Part shown: positions 10,852 through 19,947 of the stretch, one piece after another
Layout of the letters: the number at the start of each line of letters is the position of its first letter
How positions within the stretch are numbered: the first letter of the stretch is position 1
From: Bdellovibrionales bacterium
Lineage (GTDB): Bacteria; Bdellovibrionota; Bdellovibrionia; Bdellovibrionales; UBA1609
Assembly (NCBI GenBank): GCA_965199825.1
Contig: OZ241329.1
Coordinates: 640,001 to 704,000, forward strand
Direction of reading: 5' to 3'
DNA: 64,000 nt
Notes under the pieces: generated by a model
What the model was told of the DNA's origin: nothing
The model's input: only the letters and a program-made list of their open reading frames with translations
The model's database searches: none
Position numbers and translations under genes: made by a program

Positions 10852-11238
10852 TTAGTGGGTCACAAGAAGGTCGTCGATATTCATATTCAAGTCCGCACCC
10901 TGACATTGAGTTAGGGTCACATGGGCTTGATTTTCTTTCATACCCACACGTTGACGAAGTGATCCCTCACAGACCACCTTTTTTCGGCGTACCGAAAATT
11001 CAACCGAATACCAACGAATCACATCGGTATTGTGGCTAAATCGAAAGGCATCATAGTTCGATTTTATTGGTGTCGATTTATTTTTTTCGGCCGCTTCGGC
11101 ACGGTGACTCGGGGTTTCGGGCTCTACCTTAAGATGCGAAAAAGTTTGGCGGTCGCGAGCCAGTGCGGTGGCAAAAAAATCTTTGGGCTCAGAGGCAAAC
11201 GCATAAAACATCAATAAATAAATCATGCGTAAGTGCAT
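10852..11238 (-). CDS. Hypothetical exported protein
   Basis: 128-aa ORF with signal-peptide-like N-terminus that fills the intergenic space. Confidence 0.55.
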   Translation of the reverse strand: MHLRMIYLLMFYAFASEPKDFFATALARDRQTFSHLKVEPETPSHRAEAAEKNKSTPIKSNYDAFRFSHNTDVIRWYSVEFSVRRKKVVCEGSLRQRVGMKENQAHVTLTQCQGADLNMNIDDLLVTH

Positions 11239-11257
11239 AACATATTTTGATCAAAAA

Positions 11258-12265
11258 TTAAATCTTTCGCGGATCAAAAGCGTCGCGCACACCCTCGCCG
11301 ATCAGATTCAGTGCGGTCAGGGTTAACACCATAGCGGCCGATGGATAGACCGCAAGCCACCAGGCAATAGTAAAGTAATTTTGGGCTTGTTGAAGCATCT
11401 CTCCCCAACTGGGTGTGGGCGGAGGTAAACCAAACCCGAGGTAATCCAAGGCCGCAAGAGAGTAGATTCCTCCCGCGATCGTAAAGGGTGCAAATGTCAA
11501 AAGGGGGCTTAAAGCATTGGGTAAAATATGGCGAAAGATCACTCTAAAGGTTGAGAAGCCCTGCACCTTTGCGGCTTCGACAAATTCTCTTTTGCGCAGC
11601 CTTAAAAATTCGGCTCGCATATAAACAGAAATCATCATCCACCCAAATACCGAAGAAAACGTCACGAGCAATAACAGATTGGCCCCAAAGATCGAGACCA
11701 GAGTGATCAACAACAAAAAGATGGGCATCGAATCAAAAATTTCGACTATGCGCTGTCCGATCAGATCGACACGGCCACCCATGTAGCCCATGATGCCGCC
11801 AAGAAGTGCACCTAAAAGTGTAGTGAAAATCCAGACCAATAAAGCAAAACCAATGCTATATCGAAATCCATAAATCAAACGCGAGAACACATCTCGCCCC
11901 CGATCGTCTGTACCTAAGAGATTTTGTGCGGTGGGTGGTCCGGGATAATTTGCGATTGTGGCATTGGTCTCGTAGGGATCCCATGGAATCAGAGGCCAAA
12001 TGGCCATATCATTTTCGCCGAGTTTAAGATCACGATAATTTGTGATGTAGCCTTCTGAAATTGCAAAGCGAGTGGGATGATAATCTTTTAAAACGGGCAC
12101 AAATATTTCGCCGTGATATTTTAAAAATAATGGTTTTGAGTTTGCCCAAAATTCGGCGGTTAAACTTAAAATTAAAACAAAACACATCAAACCCAATGAG
12201 ATCGATGAGCGTTTGAGCTTTAAAAATCTTCGCAGTCGTTTGCGAGTTTGCTCATTTCGAATCAT
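11258..12265 (-). CDS. Peptide ABC transporter permease (YejE/OppC-like)
   Basis: LLGTDDRGRDVFSRLIYGFR, EAA loop, PPPTPSWGEML, GEGVRDAFDPR. Confidence 0.92.
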   Translation of the reverse strand: MIRNEQTRKRLRRFLKLKRSSISLGLMCFVLILSLTAEFWANSKPLFLKYHGEIFVPVLKDYHPTRFAISEGYITNYRDLKLGENDMAIWPLIPWDPYETNATIANYPGPPTAQNLLGTDDRGRDVFSRLIYGFRYSIGFALLVWIFTTLLGALLGGIMGYMGGRVDLIGQRIVEIFDSMPIFLLLITLVSIFGANLLLLVTFSSVFGWMMISVYMRAEFLRLRKREFVEAAKVQGFSTFRVIFRHILPNALSPLLTFAPFTIAGGIYSLAALDYLGFGLPPPTPSWGEMLQQAQNYFTIAWWLAVYPSAAMVLTLTALNLIGEGVRDAFDPRKI

Positions 12266-13266
12266 GAAAAATCGATCCGTGGGTCAATCAATACGTAACT
12301 GACATCACTCAATAATCTTCCAACCGCCAAGAGCATGCCCTCAATAAAAATAAGAGCCATCAAAACATTGTAATCCCGCGACAAGGCCGACTCGTAACCC
12401 AAAAGCCCCATCCCTCTCAGACTAAAAATCTGCTCAATGATCACACTGCCCGCAAAAAATACCGAAAGAAAACTTGAAAAGCCGGTGGCAATTGGAATCA
12501 GCGCATTTCGTAAAGCGTGTTTATAAATGACCGCATTTTCGCTTAAGCCTTTGGCTCGAGCGGTGCGAACGTAATCGAGCCGAATCTCTTCGAGCAAAGA
12601 GTTTTTCATCAAAAAAGAAAGCACCGTAAAATTGCCGATCACATAACAAATCAAAGGTAAAATAAAATGCTCAACACGGTCGGAGACCTTTTCAAAAAAA
12701 CTAAATGTAGAATATTGATCCGAGTAAATTTCACCCAAAGGAAACCAATCCAAAAATGCGCCGCCCGCAAAATAGATTCTTAAAATAATTCCTAAAACTA
12801 ATGGCGGGACCGAATAAAGGATCATCAAAAAAACCGAGGTGACCACATCAAATCGTGACCCGTCACGCACCGCTTTTGCGATTCCGAGCGGAATACAAAT
12901 CAAGTAGGTCAAAATAAATGAGACCACACCAAACTGAAGCGAAATTGGAAAGCGATCGGCAATCACTTCACTCACGGGGCGCTGGTATTTAAAGCTATTG
13001 CCAAAATCGAGCAGCACAATATTTTTGAGCCAAATTCCGTAGCGGGTCAAAAGTGGTTTATCAAAACCATATTGTTTTTTTAACGATTGAATGACTTCTT
13101 CCGAAACCCCTTGGGTTGCGGCGGTCCCTGTGCCAAAGCGGATGGCTCTGATTTTTTCTTCAATCGGACCACCGGGGGCCAGATTGATAATCACAAAGGA
13201 GATCAAGGTGATTCCAAAGATCGTCGGCAGGATCGACAGCAAGCGCTTTGCGATATAGATGATCAC
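12262..13266 (-). CDS. Peptide ABC transporter permease (YejB/OppB-like)
   Basis: APGGP, YGFDKP, DYVRTARAKGL, HALRNALIP, IDPRIDF. Confidence 0.92.
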   Translation of the reverse strand: MIIYIAKRLLSILPTIFGITLISFVIINLAPGGPIEEKIRAIRFGTGTAATQGVSEEVIQSLKKQYGFDKPLLTRYGIWLKNIVLLDFGNSFKYQRPVSEVIADRFPISLQFGVVSFILTYLICIPLGIAKAVRDGSRFDVVTSVFLMILYSVPPLVLGIILRIYFAGGAFLDWFPLGEIYSDQYSTFSFFEKVSDRVEHFILPLICYVIGNFTVLSFLMKNSLLEEIRLDYVRTARAKGLSENAVIYKHALRNALIPIATGFSSFLSVFFAGSVIIEQIFSLRGMGLLGYESALSRDYNVLMALIFIEGMLLAVGRLLSDVSYVLIDPRIDFS

Positions 13267-14873
13267 GGTTCAAGTTGCCAAAGTTCTTGCCCTATGGAGT
13301 ATTTGCGGGTGGGTTGCTTCATTCTCACTCGCGAGGTGTGGGCATACAAATGGAAGCGATCATTAAACATAAATGCATAAGGTTGATCTTCGGCGATCAT
13401 GCGATAAACTTTTTGGAGTAATCCAATTCGTTTTTGTCGATCCATTTCGCTTCGGCCTTGATCAATCAGTTTGTCGACCTCAGGATTTTTATAATTCACG
13501 AAATTTGAACCACCGGGACGTGCGGATGTGGAATGCCAAATCTGCATGGGATCATAATCCACCGAACCGCCGGACCACTTGAGCGAAACCGCATCAAATT
13601 TTCTCTCGTCTAGTGATTTAACAAAAGAATTCCATTCCAAAATTTTAAGATCCATCACGATCCCCGCTTTTTTAAGATCTTCCTTATAAAGCGTAAAATA
13701 TTTTTCGACTTCGCGATTGGCAAATAGCAATGTGAAATGAAATTCCATTCGCTTTCCATCGATTACTTTCTCGAGCACGCCATTTTTGTCGGAGTCTTTA
13801 AATCCAGCTTCGGCTAAAAGTTTTTGGGCTTTTTCTGGATCAAACAAAACAGGTTCGACCTTTGGATCAGCATAAGGATTTTGTTGATACCACGGGCCTG
13901 TTGCTAAAAGACTCATATTGTAGCGAAATTTTTGATTCATCATTGTCCGATTCATCAAAAGGGCTAGCGCCATCCGAACTTTTTTATCCTTGAATAAGGG
14001 ATGCTGAAGATTCCATCCGACAAAGCTGGTTTCGACAGGCGTGAGATTTTCGACTTTTTGTTTAAGAACAGTTTTACCCCAAGGGTCACCTTCGGTTTTT
14101 GCCATATACGCTTCAGAAGTGAGATTTACAAAATCGAGCTCACCTTTTTTGATCATTTCAAGCCGAAGATTTTCCTCATTCACAAAGCGGTAATAAAGTT
14201 TTGGAATTTTAAAATAATCTTTTTGCGACTCGGTCTTTGATCCGTACCAATTGGGATTGCGCTCAAGCAAAATGTTTTTGCCTCTGTTGTATTCAACCAG
14301 TTTGTAGGGGCCTGTGCCGATGACGGTATCAAAAACCTTATCTGGATTATCATAAAAATGTTTAGGCAAGATCGGCATAAATCCGCCCGACCCTACCACT
14401 GACAAATTATTAAAAATCTTTTTTCGGGTTTTAAATTGAACGGTTTGGGGATCGATGATCGTACAGCCTTCAAAATTTTCGTAATACGGCCGACGATGAG
14501 CCGCTTTAAATCTTTCGTCGCGAATCACATCAAAACTAAACTTCACATCTTCGGCTGTTAACGGAGTGCCGTCGTGAAATTGTACTCCTGGCCGCAAATG
14601 AAATGTAAATGTAAGGCCATCGGGCGAGACCTCCCATTTTTCGGCAAGGCCCGGCTCAAATTCATAGGTTTCGGGATTTACCGTAAGTAAACCATCCACA
14701 ACCGATCCTTCGATTTCGGAAAAATAACCGTCTTCAGATGTGATGGGATTAAAAGTTGAAGGCTCGTTGGCTAAGACATCAAAGTAGGTGTCTTTGGGAA
14801 TTGTGGTCTTATGCTTCGTGCATGAAATAAAAAATAAGAAAGTTGCTGTTGCAACGATGGCGAGTTTTCGCAT
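13263..14873 (-). CDS. Peptide ABC transporter substrate-binding lipoprotein (family 5)
   Basis: Lipobox FISC; LAEKWEVSPDG..TFHLR..FHDGTPLTAEDVKFS; GTGPY. GGAGG RBS. Confidence 0.92.
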   Translation of the reverse strand: MRKLAIVATATFLFFISCTKHKTTIPKDTYFDVLANEPSTFNPITSEDGYFSEIEGSVVDGLLTVNPETYEFEPGLAEKWEVSPDGLTFTFHLRPGVQFHDGTPLTAEDVKFSFDVIRDERFKAAHRRPYYENFEGCTIIDPQTVQFKTRKKIFNNLSVVGSGGFMPILPKHFYDNPDKVFDTVIGTGPYKLVEYNRGKNILLERNPNWYGSKTESQKDYFKIPKLYYRFVNEENLRLEMIKKGELDFVNLTSEAYMAKTEGDPWGKTVLKQKVENLTPVETSFVGWNLQHPLFKDKKVRMALALLMNRTMMNQKFRYNMSLLATGPWYQQNPYADPKVEPVLFDPEKAQKLLAEAGFKDSDKNGVLEKVIDGKRMEFHFTLLFANREVEKYFTLYKEDLKKAGIVMDLKILEWNSFVKSLDERKFDAVSLKWSGGSVDYDPMQIWHSTSARPGGSNFVNYKNPEVDKLIDQGRSEMDRQKRIGLLQKVYRMIAEDQPYAFMFNDRFHLYAHTSRVRMKQPTRKYSIGQELWQLEP

Positions 14874-14933
14874 CCTGCTCCTCCATTTACATTTGTTTCA
14901 CTGTAATCAAGAGGAGCAGATTTGCAACGAGGT

Positions 14934-15308
14934 TTAGCGAGCGTAACGTCTTTTTAAAGACTCACGAATCTCAGCACCTTCGATGCTTAGGCGGGTCCAA
15001 GGAATCGCCATTAAACGATCAGCTTCGATGGGCTCTTCGGTTTCTTCGCAAATTCCGAATGCGCCTGTTTCGATACGACCAAGTGCATGTTCAACTTCGA
15101 GGAGCTGTTTGCGTAGACGTTCGTGCATCGAGAGAAATTCACTCTCTTGCAAAGCGCGCGAAGTTTGATCTCCTTCGTCTCCACCTTTGCTGTCTTCACC
15201 GTTGTAAAGATCGTGTCGTGATTCGCGAACCCGATTTAAAATATCGGATTTGGCTTCGATCAATTTGCGGCGGCACTTTTCTACGAGATCCTTGGATAAG
15301 CTGTTCAT
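14934..15308 (-). CDS. dksA: DksA/TraR family RNA polymerase-binding factor
   Basis: Coiled-coil tip DEGD; ALGRIETGAFGICEET..I...RL.AIPW. Only one zinc-finger Cys retained. Confidence 0.85.
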   Translation of the reverse strand: MNSLSKDLVEKCRRKLIEAKSDILNRVRESRHDLYNGEDSKGGDEGDQTSRALQESEFLSMHERLRKQLLEVEHALGRIETGAFGICEETEEPIEADRLMAIPWTRLSIEGAEIRESLKRRYAR

Positions 15309-15566
15309 ACAGGTTTCCCCCTTAAGTTCTACAAGTTGTAGGTCCCATTCTGGCGCCGTGCAATTAATTTAACAGTGCCAGCCTGGAACTGAATTATTTA
15401 CTCGATCTTTCGACCCATTCGGCAAGAAGAATTTGCAGGACCCCCACAGATTGCTTCTCCCTGAATTGGTACACGAGAATAGGTGATTCGAGAAAAATTG
15501 CCAAAATAATAATATAAAAAAGACAAAAATCATGACTTAAGTCTCATAATGAGACTTTTATTGAAT

Positions 15567-16016
15567 TTAGAAGCTGATATTCTGCATTGTGGTCGGCCGC
15601 CAGATATTGCTCTCATGCACCCATCCCTTGGCACCCTGAGAATCTTCGACCTGATACCACTCTTCTTCATTTTCGAGGCGCTTAAAGCCCGTGTAACGGT
15701 CTGCCACGGGGCGATCCACCAATGGGAACTGCTTTCCTGCGCCTGTACGCACATTGGTGGTCGAGGTACGAATCGAGAGGCAGCGAATTTCTGATGACAC
15801 CGCTTGTGCCTGTATCCAATGAATTTCGCCATCCATATCCTGGACTTTGTACCAGCCCGATTTTTTGTCGAGCTTTAAGAGGGGGGTGTATTTTCCAACC
15901 GTCCAAGTCACCGCGGCCGAAGATTTAGGTTCGGCCCGCAAAACTGCCGACGCCGCTTTTACGCAGAGAGATTGTGAAAAGGCCATCGAGACAAAAAGAT
16001 TGAGAATAAAGATCAT
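15567..16016 (-). CDS. Exported tandem bacterial SH3-domain protein
   Basis: Signal peptide and two repeats ending WYKV.D.DG...W / WYQV.D..G..GWV. Confidence 0.8.
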   Translation of the reverse strand: MIFILNLFVSMAFSQSLCVKAASAVLRAEPKSSAAVTWTVGKYTPLLKLDKKSGWYKVQDMDGEIHWIQAQAVSSEIRCLSIRTSTTNVRTGAGKQFPLVDRPVADRYTGFKRLENEEEWYQVEDSQGAKGWVHESNIWRPTTMQNISF

Positions 16017-16070
16017 TTTTGAATGATGAAACTAAGAAGGTAAATGCGTCAACCCGTGCACAATCAAACC

Positions 16071-16087
16071 TCGGCATTCCGTTTGCT
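16071..16087 (+). promoter_or_regulatory. Putative sigma54 -24/-12 promoter for the topoisomerase IB gene
   Basis: TCGGCATTCCGTTTGCT has GG-N10-GC; the GC lies 14 nt upstream of ATG 16101. Confidence 0.55.
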
Positions 16088-16100
16088 GTGAACACCCTCC

Positions 16101-17126
16101 ATGACCACAGAAAATATCGCCTTTGCTAAAGAAGCTGGACTTAAATATGTGCGTGACTCTGATCCGGGATACACCCGCAAACGTCGGGGTAAGGGCTTTA
16201 TTTATTTTGATCACAAAAAATTAAGGATCAAAGACAAAGAACTTTTGCTGCGAATCAGTAAGCTTGTGATTCCGCCTGCGTGGCAAGATGTATGGATTTG
16301 CACTCACGAAGATGGTCATCTTCAATGCACCGGTCGCGACGCGCGTGAGCGAAAACAATATCGCTATCATTCGACGTGGTCGCAAAAAAGAAATGAAGAC
16401 AAGTTTTATAATCTTGAGTTGTTTGGCTCAAAGCTTCCGCGCATTCGCGATCAACTCAAAGCCGATTTAAAACGGGACACATTTTCACGTCAGTGCGTTC
16501 TTGCGACGGTCGTCTCGATTATGGAGCGCACTCACATTCGTATCGGCAACGATCGCTACGCCGAAGAAAATAAATCCTATGGTCTCACCACAATCTTAAA
16601 CAAACATGCCGAAGTCCATGGCAGCAAAATCGAATTTAAATTTCGGGGTAAGAGCGGCGTTTGGCGCGAAGCCAAACTCTCAGACCGACGGCTCAGTCAT
16701 ATTGTGCGAAGTTGCCAGGAACTTCCAGGACAAGAATTATTCGCTTATCTTGAAAATGAAGTGGTCCACGATGTGGGTTCGCACGATGTGAATAATTATC
16801 TTCGTGAGATTACTGAGGCCGATATCACCGCCAAAGATTTTCGAACTTGGGCTGGCACCGTGACCGCGCTTGAAGTTTTGCACAAGATTGGCCCCTTAAA
16901 AAAGGAAACAAAGACCGCCAGAAAATCTCGTGAAGCCGAGGTCATTAAGCTCTGCGCTCAAGAACTGGGCAACACCCCAGCCGTCTGCAAAAAATATTAT
17001 GTGTATCCAAAGGTTTTTGAAGCCGATCGCAATAACGAAATTAAAAAGTTATTTCAGAAAGCCAAAAAATCACAACGAGCGGGTTTGACCATTCCTGAAA
17101 AAGCCCTACTCCAATTGTTGCGTTGA
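16101..17126 (+). CDS. DNA topoisomerase IB (bacterial, poxvirus-like)
   Basis: IPPAW, GRDAR.RKQYRY, RIGN..Y, F.GKSG, AKDFRTW, LGNTPAVCKKYY (catalytic Tyr). Confidence 0.93.
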   Translation: MTTENIAFAKEAGLKYVRDSDPGYTRKRRGKGFIYFDHKKLRIKDKELLLRISKLVIPPAWQDVWICTHEDGHLQCTGRDARERKQYRYHSTWSQKRNEDKFYNLELFGSKLPRIRDQLKADLKRDTFSRQCVLATVVSIMERTHIRIGNDRYAEENKSYGLTTILNKHAEVHGSKIEFKFRGKSGVWREAKLSDRRLSHIVRSCQELPGQELFAYLENEVVHDVGSHDVNNYLREITEADITAKDFRTWAGTVTALEVLHKIGPLKKETKTARKSREAEVIKLCAQELGNTPAVCKKYYVYPKVFEADRNNEIKKLFQKAKKSQRAGLTIPEKALLQLLR

Positions 17127-17504
17127 GCCTGTGACGTCACGAGGCGGAGGTTGAGTGGGAAAGCCATTCACAACTGTAAATCGACCGCGAAACTTTTGTT
17201 TTAAAGATTTTATAATTAAATCTCGAGTCAACGGGATCAAAAGCAAAACGGCAAGACAGCTCGAAAAAAATCCTGGAACAATCATCAAGATCGCAGCCCC
17301 AATCCGCGTGGCTGTGGTGAGCAATGTGACTGGTACCGATTGATGACGCGCAAGATCCATCACGGTTCGAAAACCTTGTGTCTGGAGAAAAATAATTCCC
17401 ACAAATGCGATAATGAAATAGGCCGCAATAGCGCGCAAAAATCCGAAGGCCTCGACCACCACATACCAACTTAAAATTTCGGCAAACAAAAAACCAAAAA
17501 TCAT
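17106..17504 (-). CDS. FxsA family membrane protein
   Basis: AEI near the N-terminus, LMIVPGFFS..AVLLLIPLTR, hydrophobic profile. Confidence 0.75.
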   Translation of the reverse strand: MIFGFLFAEILSWYVVVEAFGFLRAIAAYFIIAFVGIIFLQTQGFRTVMDLARHQSVPVTLLTTATRIGAAILMIVPGFFSSCLAVLLLIPLTRDLIIKSLKQKFRGRFTVVNGFPTQPPPRDVTGSTQQLE

Positions 17505-17506
17505 AT

Positions 17507-18271
17507 TTACTCCAAATCAATCAACACTGGACAATGATCGCTACCTTCTTGGGCATCTAAGATTTCACAATGCTTAAGCCGCGGCAAAAGATCTTTGCTG
17601 ATACAAATATGATCAATGCGCCAACCTCGGTTTTGAATTCGAGCTCCCGAAAAATAAGACCACCAAGTGTAAGCATCCTTGGTATCGGGAAAAAAATGGC
17701 GAAAACAATCGATGAAACCTGCAGCCAAAAATTCTTTAAACCACTTGCGCTCTTCGGGTAAAAATCCGCTCTCATTTTTTAATGCTTCAGGATCATACAC
17801 ATCAATTAATAAGGGCGCGATATTATAATCACCCACCAAGATCACCGGAACTTTTTGGGCCAAATCGTTTGTCAAATGTCTAAGGAATCGCAATAAGAAT
17901 TCTTGTTTAAAAAGATGCCGCTCTGGCCCTGAGCCACCATTAGGAAAATAAACATTATACAATTTAAAATCCTGATGATCGGTCACAACAAACCGACCCT
18001 CCGTATCAAATTTGCGAATCCCAATGCCATGCTCTACCGAGAGGGGTGGAGTTTTAGAAAAGGTTGCGGTGCCCGAATACCCGCGGCGATGGGCTGAGGA
18101 CCAATGGCTGCTCATTCCCATTGGGGACAAGAGCTCAGGCTCGCACATATCAGGGTGGACTTTTGTCTCTTGTAAACACAAAACATCTGGATTTTGTTGT
18201 TCAACAAAATTCTGAAAGCCTTTTTTGGCCACAGCTCGAATGCCATTAACGTTCCAAGTGATAATTCTCAC
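17507..18271 (-). CDS. xth: Exodeoxyribonuclease III
   Basis: ITWNVNGIRA, LQETK, GYSG, YFPNG, GDYN, YTWW, GWRIDH, SDHCP. GTG start at 18271. Confidence 0.95.
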   Translation of the reverse strand: MRIITWNVNGIRAVAKKGFQNFVEQQNPDVLCLQETKVHPDMCEPELLSPMGMSSHWSSAHRRGYSGTATFSKTPPLSVEHGIGIRKFDTEGRFVVTDHQDFKLYNVYFPNGGSGPERHLFKQEFLLRFLRHLTNDLAQKVPVILVGDYNIAPLLIDVYDPEALKNESGFLPEERKWFKEFLAAGFIDCFRHFFPDTKDAYTWWSYFSGARIQNRGWRIDHICISKDLLPRLKHCEILDAQEGSDHCPVLIDLE

Positions 18272-18335
18272 GTGTTGCTGAATAAATCTTTTTATGGCAA
18301 AAATCACCTGCAATCATAAACCTGAAGGAGTTCTT

Positions 18336-18857
18336 ATGCCGATGATCGGTCAACCCGCGCCGCATTTTTCATGCGCAGCCGTTGTAGATAATGGCGAAAT
18401 CAAAAACGTAAGCCTTGCCGACTACAAAGGTAAATATGTGGTCTTGTTTTTTTATCCCCTCGATTTCACGTTTGTTTGTCCTACCGAAATTACACAATTT
18501 CGCGATCACAACAAAGAATTCGAAGCTGGTGGGGCTGTGGTCTTGGGTGCGAGTATTGACTCGGTACATTCTCACAAGCGTTGGCTTAAGGATGATCTTG
18601 GAAACCTTGGCTATCCCCTTTTAAGCGATGTGACCAAAAGAATCGCTCGCGATTATGGGATCCTGTTTGAGGCCGAAGGGATTGCCACTCGCGCAACTTT
18701 CATTATCGATCCTGAAGGAATTTTGCAATACGCCGGAATTCACAATTTGAATGTGGGCCGTGATGCGCGTGAAGTTTTACGGGTTCTCAAAGCGCTAAAA
18801 ACGGGCGAACTTTGTGGTGCGGGCTGGAAGCCTGGCGAAAAAACCATTAACGGTTGA
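18336..18857 (+). CDS. ahpC: 2-Cys peroxiredoxin (AhpC/Prx1)
   Basis: FFYPLDFTFVCPTE and C-terminal LC...W.PG. AAGGAG RBS before ATG 18336. Confidence 0.93.
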   Translation: MPMIGQPAPHFSCAAVVDNGEIKNVSLADYKGKYVVLFFYPLDFTFVCPTEITQFRDHNKEFEAGGAVVLGASIDSVHSHKRWLKDDLGNLGYPLLSDVTKRIARDYGILFEAEGIATRATFIIDPEGILQYAGIHNLNVGRDAREVLRVLKALKTGELCGAGWKPGEKTING

Positions 18858-19927
18858 TGAGTGAACACTACGCCGAAGTTTTTGGTTTATTAAAAAAAGA
18901 ATCTCCTCGGGCCGCGCGATATTTTTCGCAGCCCGATGATCTCAAGTTTGTTTTGTCCCCCTTTGTTATCGAACTCCCAAAAATTGTTCTGCAAAAAGCG
19001 TCCGACGCGATTGCCGCCTTGTATGCACTTTCTCAAAGTGCCCGTTACCAAGAGTCTCTTCCCAAAAATCCAATTTTAGATCTAAAAAACAGCTCGGTTT
19101 TGATGGCCTATGATTTTCACGCAAATCAAGACGGTGAAATCAAGCTGATCGAAATCAATACCAATGCTTCGGGTTATTTGGTGTCGACCTTGCTTGCGCT
19201 TAAAAACGGCGATCGAGATCCGCGCCCAACACTCTATGAGAGTTTTAAATCTGAATGGCAGAGTGTTTTTGGCAATCAGGAATTCGATCAGATTGTTTTG
19301 ACAGATCTTGATCTCGATCAGCAAAAGATGAACTTTGAGTTTGCGATGTATCAAGATTTTTTTAAAAGTTTTGGAGTTGAGTGCGACATTGTTGATTGGA
19401 AAGATTTGGGTGAACCAAAGATGATCTACAATCGACACACCGACTTTTACCTAAAAACTCGTCCCGATCTTTTAAATCTGGCTCTCGAAAATCAGATCTG
19501 CATCACTCCCTCGCCAAAACAGTATTTTCTTTTGGCCGATAAAAGCCGTCTGCAACTGTTTGATGCATTTGGTATTGCCGCAATCGATGAGGTTTTGCTC
19601 CGCTCACAAAACGTGAGCGATCTCTCGCCCGAAGCGCTTTGGAGCAAACGAAAATCCTTATACTTTAAACCTCGCCAATCCTATGGCGGGAAATCTGTTT
19701 ATCGTGGAGCAAACGTCACCAAAAAAACATTTAGTCGAATTTTAGCCGAAGATTTTTTGGCCCAAGACTATTTTCCTCCCGGTGTTTTTGAAAACGAATG
19801 GAAATTTGATCTGCGATTTTATGTGTATCGCGATCAAATTCAGTTCTCAGTAGCTCGAGTGTATCAAGGTCAAATCACAAATTTCAAAACTCCGCAGGGC
19901 GGGTTTGCTCGGCTTCAATTTATTTAA
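18857..19927 (+). CDS. Circularly permuted ATP-grasp-like ligase of unknown substrate
   Basis: YDFH....IKLIEINTN, YNRHTDF, FKP..SYGGK, DLRFYVY, ARVYQG. TGATG overlap with the ahpC stop. Confidence 0.65.
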   Translation: MSEHYAEVFGLLKKESPRAARYFSQPDDLKFVLSPFVIELPKIVLQKASDAIAALYALSQSARYQESLPKNPILDLKNSSVLMAYDFHANQDGEIKLIEINTNASGYLVSTLLALKNGDRDPRPTLYESFKSEWQSVFGNQEFDQIVLTDLDLDQQKMNFEFAMYQDFFKSFGVECDIVDWKDLGEPKMIYNRHTDFYLKTRPDLLNLALENQICITPSPKQYFLLADKSRLQLFDAFGIAAIDEVLLRSQNVSDLSPEALWSKRKSLYFKPRQSYGGKSVYRGANVTKKTFSRILAEDFLAQDYFPPGVFENEWKFDLRFYVYRDQIQFSVARVYQGQITNFKTPQGGFARLQFI

Positions 19928-19947
19928 CTTGTGGTCGAGCATTTGAT

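Noticed and set aside
11258..14873. Peptide ABC cluster lacking an ATPase gene
   Set aside because: ABC ATPases are often unlinked, so absence from one window is not informative.
15359..15381. CTGGCAC...TTGCA upstream of dksA as a sigma54 promoter
   Set aside because: The spacing between GG and GC is too long for the strict GG-N10-GC rule.
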